From NCBI GenBank assembly GCA_963754925.1, contig CAVWHX010000003.1:544001-608000 (forward strand): DNA of 64,000 nt, read 5' to 3'. The notes beneath the pieces were generated by a model. That model saw nothing but the letters and a program-made list of their open reading frames with translations. It did not search any database and had not been told where the DNA came from. The position numbers and the translations under genes were made by a program. This document shows positions 30,975 to 41,320 of the stretch, one piece after another (position 1 is the first letter of the stretch; each line of letters begins with the position of its first letter). Source of the DNA: an uncultured delta proteobacterium. GTDB taxonomy: Bacteria; Myxococcota; B64-G9.

Positions 30975-31018
30975 TTGACTCTCGTCTAGGTTTGATGTAC
31001 TATTTGAATGTGTACATT
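30975..31018 (+). promoter_or_regulatory. Sigma-70 promoter with overlapping inverted-repeat operator for the DUF1778-GNAT TA operon
   Basis: TTGACT-17-TACTAT; ATGTAC-N11-GTACAT overlaps the -10. Confidence 0.65.
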
Positions 31019-31035
31019 AAAGAGGAGTCACTGCC

Positions 31036-31317
31036 ATGCCGAGGATAGCAGTTGAAGACAATAGCAGAATGTCCTTGCGAATTCCAGCTGAGGAAAAAGC
31101 GCTGATCTTGCGTGCGGTGGCGCTGAACCACACAGACTTGACAGATTTTGTCATTAGCCACGCCTTGCGTGCAGCAAAAGCTGTCATCGAGGAGGCGGAT
31201 CATGTGAAGCTCTCTGAAAGGGATAGTTTGCGGGTTTTGGATCTGCTAGAGAATCCGCCTTCGCCGAACGCAAAGTTGATGGCAGCAGCTCGGGCATTGC
31301 CAAAGCGACGGTCTTAG
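31036..31317 (+). CDS. RHH antitoxin, DUF1778 (TacA/AtaR family)
   Basis: RMSLRI..EEK.LI.RA...LTDFV...LSERD...LDLLENPP.PN. Confidence 0.92.
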   Translation: MPRIAVEDNSRMSLRIPAEEKALILRAVALNHTDLTDFVISHALRAAKAVIEEADHVKLSERDSLRVLDLLENPPSPNAKLMAAARALPKRRS

Positions 31318-31319
31318 TC

Positions 31320-31841
31320 GTGACGGCATGGCACGAAGAGCCGATCAAGAAGAAACATGATCGGGAAAATTTCGACTGCGGCGAGGAAGCTCTTAACGAA
31401 TTCTTGCGCCGTTATGCCCGGAAGAGCCATGAGTTGGGCGGCGCGAAAACGTTCCTTGCGATTGACGACGCTGATAAAAAAATAATTCTTGGCTTCTATA
31501 GTCTAAGCCCCGCCTCGGTGGACTATGCCCGGACGCCGGATATCATACGTCGCGGTCTGGCGCGCCATGACGTGCCGGGCTTCCGCTTGGCTCGCCTGGC
31601 GGTGGATCGAAGGTTTCAAGGGCAGGGAATCGGCGGACAACTTCTACTCGCGGCCGGCAGACGCTGCCTATTGGTTTCGGCGGAAGTTGGCGGCGTGGTG
31701 CTTGTCATCGACGCAAAGAATGAAAGGGTGGCTAAATGGTATGCAAGGTATGGCGCTGTGCCGCTGCTGGACGCGCCGTTATCTCTACTGCTGCCGCTCT
31801 CGACCATCGAGGCCGCGCTTAAAAAAGCCGGGAAATATTGA
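31320..31841 (+). CDS. GNAT acetyltransferase toxin (TacT/AtaT family)
   Basis: HDRENFDCGEEALNEFL, LARLAVD..FQGQGIG, VIDAK. Confidence 0.92.
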   Translation: MTAWHEEPIKKKHDRENFDCGEEALNEFLRRYARKSHELGGAKTFLAIDDADKKIILGFYSLSPASVDYARTPDIIRRGLARHDVPGFRLARLAVDRRFQGQGIGGQLLLAAGRRCLLVSAEVGGVVLVIDAKNERVAKWYARYGAVPLLDAPLSLLLPLSTIEAALKKAGKY

Positions 31842-31967
31842 TATTAACTGCCAAGGTTATAAAAACCAAGCCATCATTTGCACTCTAAGGCCCCTCGGAC
31901 GGCAACCCCCTGGTGTTGATACCCCAAAAATCATTAGTGTTGGATCTGCCCCTAAATCTTTTCGGAT

Positions 31968-32429
31968 TCATTTCCACATCCTGGGATCAAATGAAAAGTC
32001 CTCCGGTTTTTGCACCAGAATCTTTGCCGTATCTGGATGTGACATATTCAAGATAAAGTTGCTTTCAACCGGAACGATTACGGATGGAACTCGAAGAACA
32101 GCCGAAGACCTACGCTGGACCCAGTCTGTTCCAATCTGCTTTATCTCATCAGGTGGCGGTTCTTGACGCCAGTTTTGCGGCAATCGACTTTTCTCTAGGA
32201 TCTCGATCAAATCATCGGGAATCTCTACCCGGAAATTGACGTATTCGAGTCCTCTTCCCGCCTTCGGCAGATGCACAAAAGTTTCCAACGCAGCCAGCGC
32301 CAGACTATCAGAAATGTAAACCACAGCGGTCCCTTTGTGGTTCCAGCGGCCGCCGTAACGCCGCGCCCCTTCACCATCAAACGCGGTGGCCTGATGCTTT
32401 TTCTTGATTAACCTCCAGGCAACGATCAT
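31968..32429 (-). CDS. RES-domain toxin (NAD+ phosphorylase family)
   Basis: WRL...FDGEGA..YGGRWN, LALAALE, VPSVIVP..NFILN..HPD. Confidence 0.92.
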   Translation of the reverse strand: MIVAWRLIKKKHQATAFDGEGARRYGGRWNHKGTAVVYISDSLALAALETFVHLPKAGRGLEYVNFRVEIPDDLIEILEKSRLPQNWRQEPPPDEIKQIGTDWVQRRSSAVLRVPSVIVPVESNFILNMSHPDTAKILVQKPEDFSFDPRMWK

Positions 32430-32849
32430 GTAAGGATACCGTACTCGATTCGGGATAGCAGATCCTCCACCTCCCGCGCTCCGATCTCGGTGATGAGAAG
32501 GTCAAGCGGGATTTGATTGTTCAGTCCTATCTGAGGCGTTGTAAGCCATTCCTGCGCGAGATCGTTATTTTCGAAAACTTCTTTGGCCTTGGTGTAGATA
32601 TTTGCGATACGATAGAGCCTGTCTCCCACAGGAACGGGCAGCTTACTTGATCGAGACTTGCGGAAACCGACCGATGGTTTTAGTACTAACGCCTAAAATG
32701 GCGGAAAATTGGACATCGGAAATATCAATGACTTCCTTGAATTTATCGATGGTGGACACCGATAAGCCCTTTTCGATGATTTTAGCTATCTCCAATGGGC
32801 CACTTTTTTTCCCATGAAGTCCAAGAAGAATACCAATATCTTTGTTCAT
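32426..32849 (-). CDS. Xre/MbcA/ParS antitoxin, frameshifted near 32665
   Basis: HTH half (GLSVSTI...ILGVSTKT) plus DRLYRI...WLTTP...PLDLL...LSRIEYG; removing one base gives RFRKSRSSKLPVPVGDRL. Confidence 0.85.
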
Positions 32850-32874
32850 AATTAGCACCTCCCAGTTGACCTAT

Positions 32875-32904
32875 ATTATATAGACATTTGTCCATAGTTG
32901 TCAA
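32875..32904 (-). promoter_or_regulatory. Consensus sigma-70 promoter of the Xre-RES operon with palindromic operator in the spacer
   Basis: TTGACA-18-TATAAT; GACAAATGTC near-palindrome. Confidence 0.75.
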
Positions 32905-32978
32905 GTCTATTTAGAGGTCCCCTCAGAAAACGGAAAATAAAGCCTGGCTTTCCGATCGAGTTCGGGCATCGGCTGTTC

Positions 32979-34132
32979 TTACGGCTTGAACTCCGTCACC
33001 ACCCATTTGCCGCCGCAGGGTCGTATGCTGACCTGGACGTTCTGAGGTTTTTTATCGATGGTGATGGTCACCGTAGTCGAGTCGGCGGTCTGGAGAGCAT
33101 CGAGCTGCAGGGGAGCATCAAAAGCTCCTTTGATGAGCATTTCAGGCACCGTGGCGCTAAACGCCGCCAGGGGAAATGAAAACGCCTTCAGGAGATCCTC
33201 GTACGCTGCTACCGCCTCGGGCACCTTGTGCGCTGACAGTGCATCCTTCACGGCCTTGGCGTTTTGGGTCAGATACTCGGCAAGCGTGGCGCGCGGAGCG
33301 CCGCAGGGTCGGATCACCTGTTGACCATCCGCACCGCCGAGGGCCTCGGCCAGGGCGGCAGAGCCGGCACCCGCGACGGAAAGTTTCAGAGGCCCGGCCG
33401 CTTTAATCCAGGCGTTAGCCACCCCACGCTCAAATACAAACGCTACCATGTCATCGTCGTGGAGCGAACCGTTTTTTATTCCCTGCCACCCTACGGCGGC
33501 CCGTTTAGCGCCGCGCGACACTTCAGCTATCAGCGCGAAGTTGGCACCGGGGTTAGTCCGGGCGATTTCATTCGTCACTGCCTGACGCAATTCAAAGGTC
33601 ATGCCCTCATCGCCAAAGTTCTTTTCAGGCACCGCTGCCGCCGTCGTCTGAGCTGGTTCTTTCTTTTGTTTAAGCGATCCAAAGCTCGACGGGCGATTTC
33701 ACGAACCTCGGGGTCAATGTCCCTCAACCGCTTCTCGAACTCTTCCGGCACACCGGGCGCATCAGGCGCAATCTCCATAAGCGCCTTAAGGATTTCGGCC
33801 CGAATCGCGACGACGTTCTCGCGCGAGACAAGCTTGAGCAATTCGGGAACCACGTCCCGCGCCAGCGGCCCCATTTTACCGAGCACCCCCGCCACCCCTT
33901 GGCGGACAGCCGGGTCTTTTGAGGTGAGCGCGCGGCGCAAATAGGGAAGAGCCGAAGAACCGGCGCGGGCCAACGCATCAGAGGCGTTGGACCGAACCGC
34001 CCAGTCGTCGTGGTGCAACATGCCAATCCAGTAACTGACTTTCTTGCCGTCGATGGTAGGCTCGCTCGTGCAACCCGTCTCAACAAAAATCCCAAGCCCA
34101 ACCAATGCCATCACCAGAACCAATCGACGCAT
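32979..34132 (-). CDS. HEAT-repeat probable lipoprotein with unknown C-terminal domain, probably one gene frameshifted near 33665
   Basis: ETGC; VR..A..AL HEAT units; one added A in AAAAGAAAG joins it to KEPAQTTAAAVPEKNFG of ORF 32979-33632. Confidence 0.65.
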
Positions 34133-34332
34133 TCAACCCTCCCTTGGGTTCGTTTGCTCTACCATCGAGCCGGTATTCAACACTAATCTTGCCATCAACT
34201 CAACAACTTGATGATATATTCCGATCAAAGACGTCGGCTCGAAACCTAGTCAGTGTAGTAGCAGGTATGTCAAAAGATCAATCGATTTTCGGACGTCAGG
34301 TTGACGTTGCGTTCACTATTGAGGAGAACGAG

Positions 34333-34647
34333 ATGGAGCTCCGATTTATCTACATCACCACAAAAGATCGAGATCAGGCCCGCGCGATCGGACGCGCGCT
34401 GGTCGAGGAGCGCCTCGCGGCGTGCGTCAACATCATTGACGGCGTGAACTCTTTCTACTGGTGGCACGACGCGATCCAGGACGATCACGAGGTCGTTGTG
34501 ATCGCGAAAACTCGCGCCGAGCTGGTGCCAAAGCTGACCGACCGGGTCAAAGCTTTGCACAGTTACCAGGTACCCTGCGTCGTGGCGCTTCCGATTCTCT
34601 CGGGCAACCCGGACTTTCTCAAGTGGATAGAGCAAGAAACCGAGTGA
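34333..34647 (+). CDS. cutA: Divalent-cation tolerance protein CutA
   Basis: LVEERLAACVNI, SFYWW, HSYQVPC. Confidence 0.95.
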   Translation: MELRFIYITTKDRDQARAIGRALVEERLAACVNIIDGVNSFYWWHDAIQDDHEVVVIAKTRAELVPKLTDRVKALHSYQVPCVVALPILSGNPDFLKWIEQETE

Positions 34648-34746
34648 ATACGGGACCAAATGACCCACTGCCGGATTTTCCCTTGATTGGCAAGAAAGAA
34701 TCGAGTACGGTTGCATACGGATATAGGGGTTGTCGAGGAGGACATC

Positions 34747-35559
34747 ATGTGCAGGATGCTCGGTGTAATTTGTAACGATGAGGATCTCCTCAGCTGTGCC
34801 ATTCACGAGGTGCGCGACTCCCTTCGGCTGCGCGCCGGTGAAAATTATAGCGGCATTGGCGTCGGAACCTATCAAAATGATGATCCGCTGTTGAAGAAAC
34901 GTCCTAACACCAAGACGGGCGATATCGACTACGAAAACCTGCTCAAAGAGCTTACATCGAATGTGCTTCTGGTTCACGTTGGATACCCCAGCGACGGTGC
35001 ATGGAAGGAAACCAACACGCATCCGTTTCGATTCCGGCGTTGGTTGTTTGCCAACATTGGATCATTTCGTGGGCTTGATCGTCAACGGGAAGATCTCCTT
35101 ACCACGCTGCCATCATTCCTGTCGCGCAACATCCAAGGAGAAACCGGCAGTGAATTGGCCTTCCACCTCTTGCTCAACCGCTTGTTCAAGGAGGGCACGC
35201 TGAACGATCTGGCTATTTCCGCGGTTGGGGTGGGCGATCACGTTCGCGCGTTTGTCGAGGAAATCGATAACCTCCAGCATGATCCCCGCCAGGGCTCGAG
35301 TTTTGCTTTGATAGTTACCAACGGCCAGGTCATGGCCGCCGCCTGTCGCGGTATGACGATGTACTACTCCCACCGTGAGGGAATCCTCGAATGCCGCCAC
35401 AGCGAGGCGACGGGCCTGGAACAACAAAGCCACCGCCGCTTTAAAGGTATCATGTTGGGAGCAGATATGTCTTCGCCTGGCCACCAGTGGCGCGAGGTCG
35501 CCAGCGGCAGTTTGCTGACCATCTCAAAAGCGCTGGAGCTGCGCGTCGAACCTCTGTAA
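34747..35559 (+). CDS. Class II glutamine amidotransferase (EgtC/YafJ-like)
   Basis: N-terminal MCRMLG, NTHPF, GETGSE. Confidence 0.85.
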   Translation: MCRMLGVICNDEDLLSCAIHEVRDSLRLRAGENYSGIGVGTYQNDDPLLKKRPNTKTGDIDYENLLKELTSNVLLVHVGYPSDGAWKETNTHPFRFRRWLFANIGSFRGLDRQREDLLTTLPSFLSRNIQGETGSELAFHLLLNRLFKEGTLNDLAISAVGVGDHVRAFVEEIDNLQHDPRQGSSFALIVTNGQVMAAACRGMTMYYSHREGILECRHSEATGLEQQSHRRFKGIMLGADMSSPGHQWREVASGSLLTISKALELRVEPL

Positions 35560-37157
35560 CCCCCTATCGGAGTCATACGCGTGTGACACCGGAGCGCACT
35601 GTGCAGTATCGGGTAAGGGATGGGCTTCGTGGATGGGCGTTTACCATAGCCCTCTTCAACCTGACCGCGGTACTGGTACCGACCGGCCTGGCGGTTGCGA
35701 TACTTACCGTTACCAATTGGGGGCCCTGGTCGGCCTGCGCGGCAGCCCTGGCCGTGGCTAGCGTAATGGCCATATTTTTGTACGCGTGGATCCGGCGGCG
35801 CGTGATCGTGCCTTTGCAGCGATTGAGCGATGCGGCGCAAACGGTGATCGATGATCCTACGACGCCCGATCTCTTTTCCCAAATACCGGGCGGCCTGGTT
35901 CGGGACTTGGCCGCGATTCTGCAACGGCTGCACGAACGTTTACAACGGCTTGCCGAATGCGATGCCGTAGAAATTCAGAACACCGAACAGATCGGAAGGC
36001 TTAAAGCGGTATTCTCCCAGGCCGCCGGCGGCAACCTCGCACAGCGGGCAGAGACGGCGCCGGGACGTTTTCAGGAACTGGCGCTATCGGCCAACCACCT
36101 GCTGGAATCCCTCGGCCAGCGCTGGCTGTTACTCAACCGCTTTGCCGAGCGCGTCAGACTGGCGGGCGTTCGCCTCCAAACCCTGGCCGCCGAACTGCTC
36201 GGCCCGCCGTATCGGCAGCCACCGGCGCCCGTCCTCGACCCACTGCCAGAGATGCTCCGAGTGAGTATCGAGCGATTGGTCGTCTCGGCCGACACCCTCG
36301 GTCGCGTGCTGGACCCCATACTTTCAAACCGCTTAGCCTCGGGAAAACAGGAACGATTCAACCGCGCACTCAGCTCCGCCTCTACCGGTTTGACCTTTTT
36401 AGCCCAGCGGGCGACGGACCTCGCCCGCGGCGGCAAACGCATCGCCGACGCGCACAAACAAGCAGAGAACCTCGCAACCAACCTGCTCTTATTGATGGAC
36501 GAGAAACCCCAGCCGCAGTTGCGACGCAGTATTGACCGCGCCTCGGCTCTCGAGCGCGACCTGGCTGAATGCGAAACACATTTGACGCACGGAATTGAAT
36601 ATCTGCTGAGCTCGCGCGAGCAACTCGCCACCAGTGTACAGGAATTGGTTGCGCTGTATGGGGATGTCGCCGAACGCCTCCAAACCTGGGAAGCGGCGTG
36701 CGATCAACTTCTGACTATTCGAGAAGGGCTGCGGCAACAGGTCGACTTGGCCCGACCGGTAGGTGCAAGTGTTTCAAACTATCTGAAGCAACTGCAAGGC
36801 GAGCTGAACTCGGTCCACCAGGATTCCCGTGAACGTCGGCAGCGGATCGAGGAGCTGTGCGTCCATACCGAGCAACTTGCCCAGCTCAGTAATGAGCTGT
36901 TGGTGTTGCTCGAACGAGCCGACCTCCCGAACGACTCGCAACCGAAGCCTTCGCCGCAAAAAGACAACACGTCGGTTAGTCCGGCCATCACCGCTACCCA
37001 CGAGCTGATACAGCGCGCCCGGGACGCGGGCATCATCCCCGCGGATAACCTTCACGCAACGCAACCGGCGTCTGGCGATGGGTACGATATTGAGATCAAC
37101 GAGCCCGAAGATGCCCACACACCAAACGGCAAACCAGGGCCGGAGGCGTCTCGATGA
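35487..37157 (+). CDS. Degenerate chemoreceptor-like protein (2 TM, 2 HAMP-like, MCP-like coiled coil)
   Basis: VPLQRLSDAA; AAGGNLAQRAE...LALSANHLLESL; degenerate hairpin tip QAENLATNLLL; true start may be GTG near 35583. Confidence 0.65.
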   Translation: MARGRQRQFADHLKSAGAARRTSVTPYRSHTRVTPERTVQYRVRDGLRGWAFTIALFNLTAVLVPTGLAVAILTVTNWGPWSACAAALAVASVMAIFLYAWIRRRVIVPLQRLSDAAQTVIDDPTTPDLFSQIPGGLVRDLAAILQRLHERLQRLAECDAVEIQNTEQIGRLKAVFSQAAGGNLAQRAETAPGRFQELALSANHLLESLGQRWLLLNRFAERVRLAGVRLQTLAAELLGPPYRQPPAPVLDPLPEMLRVSIERLVVSADTLGRVLDPILSNRLASGKQERFNRALSSASTGLTFLAQRATDLARGGKRIADAHKQAENLATNLLLLMDEKPQPQLRRSIDRASALERDLAECETHLTHGIEYLLSSREQLATSVQELVALYGDVAERLQTWEAACDQLLTIREGLRQQVDLARPVGASVSNYLKQLQGELNSVHQDSRERRQRIEELCVHTEQLAQLSNELLVLLERADLPNDSQPKPSPQKDNTSVSPAITATHELIQRARDAGIIPADNLHATQPASGDGYDIEINEPEDAHTPNGKPGPEASR

Positions 37158-38542
37158 GCGCGGCCGGCCAACCGAAACCGGAGTTGGTTGCTGCGTTGAT
37201 CGAAGAGCTTGAACTCGCCGTCAATTGGTTGCATGAGAGCAATCCCCCACCCACAGCGGACGAAGCCCGCGAGCGTTTTAGGACCTTGCGCGAGGCCGCT
37301 ACCGTTGCCGGCGCCTCGGCGATCGACGGCTGGCTGGCCGAATTGGAGAACGAACCGTTCGAAAGCCGTGACAGCGGCGTGTCTCTCGCACGACTGGCGC
37401 AAGCCAGCCGGATGCTGGCGGATCCTTATGCCGATCGAGAGCTCGACTGGTTAGGAGAGAACGCTCGCCTCGCCGGCGAACTGGAATATCTTGCCGCAGA
37501 GTGGCGTTCCGGCAGCGAACGCTTGGGGCAGTTATCCATGTTGTTCGAGCGTTGTGTCACCACCCTCAACGAACGTGAGCGCGCGGACCTATCATCGAAG
37601 CTGACCCAAAAGTTGTGCGAGGAGATACAGGTGCAGCGCATCGCGCAGCGCCGACTGCTCGGGTCGGTCGAGGCGCTGCGCCGATGGGCGCTCGAGTTTT
37701 CACAGGAGTGGGCGGGAGCGCAGCGCGTGTTGGTGGCTCCCCGGCTGGCGGCGTTGCGCGCATGGATGCAACGCGAGGCCAGTCAGCTGCAACTGAACAT
37801 CACGTGGCATATAGGGAACGTTACGGTGGAACGAGACCACGTGGAACCGCTTACCGTCCTGTTACGGGAGCTCTTCAACGGTATTGTATTGGATCGCCAA
37901 GAGCCGCCGCGCCCGTCTCATAAAAAAAACGCCGCTCTTCCGTTGAAACTCGATCTTCGCGGAGAGGAACACGCTCACCTCTTGACGATGGTCATCGAGT
38001 TCGATACCGACGGACAACGTCCGCCATTTTCACCGAGCTCAACCGCGAATCAGGCGCTTACGACATTACGCGGGCGGCTTCTCTCGGAATCCTCGGAGCG
38101 TGTCTGTCGCCTGACGCTCCAGGTGGTGCAGAGCGGCCGGTGCGAGAATGTCGTGCCGGTACATTCACAGGCCGGATTAGTGTTGCTGCCGGTATGGATG
38201 GTAAAAGAGATTTTTTCTTCCCCGCCCGCTGTGCCCGATCCCTGGCCGCGGATCAGTCTGCCGCAAGCTTCACCCGAGACAGCTGCCATCGATGAGGGTG
38301 CTGCTGTGCTGATCGAGATCGGCTCCCTGAAAGGGCTTTTACCGGGACGGGTTACCGGTATGCCGTTTCGGGCGGTGGTCGATCCCCCCACCTCAATCGA
38401 TCCCCCGTGGATCCAGGGACGAGCGCACCTTCACGGCATCATGCGCCCGGTCATGTGCCTGCTTCCCTTTGTGCCGATCGCGGAGCATGGTTGCCGAGTC
38501 TACCCGGCCGACTACTCCCGCCAGGAATATGGCACGAACTAA
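37154..38542 (+). CDS. Degenerate CheA-like protein (Hpt-, dimerisation-, HATPase- and CheW-like segments)
   Basis: RERFRTLREAA ~ FRAAHTLKGAA; LAGEL; RVLVAPRL ~ RMVP; EPLTVLLRELFNGIVLDRQEPP ~ DPLxHLVRNAVDHGIEPP; ATGA overlap with the upstream gene. Confidence 0.65.
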   Translation: MSAAGQPKPELVAALIEELELAVNWLHESNPPPTADEARERFRTLREAATVAGASAIDGWLAELENEPFESRDSGVSLARLAQASRMLADPYADRELDWLGENARLAGELEYLAAEWRSGSERLGQLSMLFERCVTTLNERERADLSSKLTQKLCEEIQVQRIAQRRLLGSVEALRRWALEFSQEWAGAQRVLVAPRLAALRAWMQREASQLQLNITWHIGNVTVERDHVEPLTVLLRELFNGIVLDRQEPPRPSHKKNAALPLKLDLRGEEHAHLLTMVIEFDTDGQRPPFSPSSTANQALTTLRGRLLSESSERVCRLTLQVVQSGRCENVVPVHSQAGLVLLPVWMVKEIFSSPPAVPDPWPRISLPQASPETAAIDEGAAVLIEIGSLKGLLPGRVTGMPFRAVVDPPTSIDPPWIQGRAHLHGIMRPVMCLLPFVPIAEHGCRVYPADYSRQEYGTN

Positions 38543-38565
38543 GCTGCAATCGCCCGGGGAGGGGC

Positions 38566-41320
38566 ATGAAGACACGGCTAGCCAACCTGATTGTTTATCT
38601 GGCGGCACTTATCGTTTCCGCCGAAGCACTCGCCCAGGAAGAGCGCGCACTGAGTTTACTCAATCACCTCGAGACCGGACAAGACGTCACCGACTGGGAA
38701 CGCGCAATGGATTCGTTGGTGGAGTATTCGGATCCAAGAGTCCTTCCGGCCCTACTCAAGCTTCTCGATAGCCCCCTGACGGACGCCCGCGCGGAAAGCG
38801 CCGGCGTTCTTTGGCACTACAACAATGAAGAGATTCGACTGCGGGTACTGCCGCTGCTCAACGATCCCGTTGCAGCAGTGCGTGTCGAGGCGGCAAAATC
38901 CCTGTACCTGATGGGATACACGGCTGCGCTGCCGGTCATTTACGGTGAGTTGACGTCGGCTGATTCGGCCATTCGTGCCAGAGCGTTGCGCGCGCTTCTT
39001 TCCATCAATCCCGATCAAGCCAAAGTTGCCGCTTTCCGAATGCAATCAAGCGGCGAAGTTTCCGATCACGTCTGGGCGGCGTACACGCTGTACCGTTTAG
39101 GCAATCGTCCCGCGCATCAGCTCAAGCTGCTTGCCGCGCTGGCGAGCGCGCTCCCTGCCCCAGCCCGCCTGACGGCGAAACCCGAACCGAGCGAATCGGA
39201 CCTGCGGCGCGCCAAACAAGCCGGTGCCGTTCGGCTTGGCCAGCGCCTCGAGGCTTTCTCGGCGCTGGCGCGCATTCAAGACCCGGCCGCACTCGCCGCA
39301 CTGGCCGAATGCACCGGCGATCTGGCCGCCGCCGACCTTCCCCAGGGACCCCGCTGGCTCCTGGTCCACAGGGGAGACGCCGCTGCACCGGCCCTGGCGC
39401 AGGCACTCGGTCGTACGACGTTCCAAACACGTCTTGGCGCCGCTCAAACCGCCCAGCTGTTAACGTTAACCAGTGAGCAATCGCGACGCCAGCTGGCCCA
39501 GGCTCTGAGCAGGTGCCTTACCGATGGCAGCCGCTTGGTGCGTCTGGCGACCCTCCGGGCCATAGCGATGTTGGCATTGCGTGATCTCACCGAAAGCGTC
39601 ATCGCACTGTTGACGTATCCCGATGCGCCGACGCGCCAGGAAGCCGCGCTGACCTTGGGAAACCTGGATGAGCGTAAAGCGCTGGACGCCTTACTCGCCC
39701 GGATCAACAGCGAAACCGATACTTCCCTGCAGCAGTATCTGTACCGCGGAATAACCGCCCTGCATAGCCCGCGCTCGGCCGAGCCCATGATCGCCCGGTT
39801 GTTAAAGCTTGCGCAGGAAAAACGACCAAACGCTGCGGTACGAACCGAGATCCGGTTTGTCGTCGATGCGCTGGCCTCAGGCAGAGATGCCGCCGCTCTA
39901 AAAATCCTCTCGTTACTGACTCACCTCAAGGGTCGAGAACACACGCTTATGCAGGAAGCACTGGTACGCTCAAACAGCACGCCGGGGCTTGAGTTCTTCC
40001 TCGAGCGGTTACGGGAGGCCCCGCCCCGGCCCGAAAGTGCTGCGGTGCGGTTTTTTGATTATCTCAACGTTGGGTTCAGGGCGCGACTTAAAGAATTGAT
40101 CGAATCCGGAAACCGCCCTCTGGACCCGCGTGATTCTTGCACGCGCCCTGGTTCGTCTCGGTGATGCTTCCTTTGCTCGCGGCATCCTATGGGCCTTGAA
40201 CAACGACGACTCCTACCTACGCGAGTTAGGTGCGGCGTTGGCCGGCGGATTGGACATCCCGGGAGTCTCTGAGCGCCTGATCGCGCTGCTCAATGACACG
40301 TCGCCGATTGCCCACTACGCCGCCCGATCGTTGCTTATGAACAACACACCGCAAAGTATTTCCGGATTGCTTGGTCAACTTTCCCAATCTACCCTGCGTC
40401 GGCGTGACGCCGTGCCATTACGGACCTTCTGGGAAGGTCCTCGATCAACGGCCCATCCGTTCTCGAAGAAGGTGCTGGGGGAGCGTATTTGGGTGCTGTT
40501 CGCAGATAACCGATGGGGGCGTCCCTTCGACCTATTCCTTACCTGGTCGGACGACGGCAAGGGCTGGCATGAGCCGGTTTTTACGGGTCTCACCAGCTTT
40601 TTCGATCCCGACCACCAGGTTGCTCCGCCTACCTTTTCCATCAAAGTCAAGCGGCAGACGATCACCATCGCCCTGACCCGCACCATTGCCCAGGGATCGG
40701 ATGCACAAAACCCTCATTTCAAAACCATCCAGCGGGTACAGAAAAATGATGTACAAGATTTCCTCAACGATCGCGATGGGGACGGTTTGATGGATCTCGA
40801 GGAGCAGGCTATCGGCACCAATCCAGCCAAGCCCGATACCGATGGCGACGGCCTGCCGGACAACCTGGACAAGAATCCCTTAGCCCCACCGGGCGACTTC
40901 AGCCGCGATGATGATACCGTGCAATTGTTGGCGATGAGCTACGCCGTGCTCGTCAAAAACGCGATTCCCCATAACCGGCGGACGCTCACCGTTGCAGTAT
41001 CTCCCGGACAGCGCGCTCTGGAGATTCCCACGTTTCCGGGATTGGTCCTGCACCTCACGGCTGAGCAGATCCACAACCGCTGGCAAGAGACCGGCGCCGG
41101 TTACCCGCGGGTGGCTTTTGATCCACCGTCGTTTTCTTCTGATCGCCTTCACGCCACCCAGTCATTTCGTCTTTGGCAAGACGGCCGCGAGTCAGAGAAC
41201 ATCGCGGTGTCCTTTGGCAAACAAGACGGCGTTTGGACCGTCATCGACTATCGGGAAGAAACCTCGGGGAATATCCCTGCTGGCGAGGAGGTGCGCCGTG
41301 AAAACGCTTATCGTCGTTAA
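38566..41320 (+). CDS. Secreted HEAT-repeat protein with DxDxDG Ca-binding repeats, frameshifted near 40107
   Basis: Signal peptide ..ALA-QE; many HEAT units; DRDGDGLMD..EE...GTNP..PDTDGDG; removing one G gives ESETALWTRVILA. Confidence 0.7.

Noticed and set aside
30490..32930. Prophage or IS element around the TA pairs
   Set aside because: No integrase, transposase, phage gene or terminal repeats recognised
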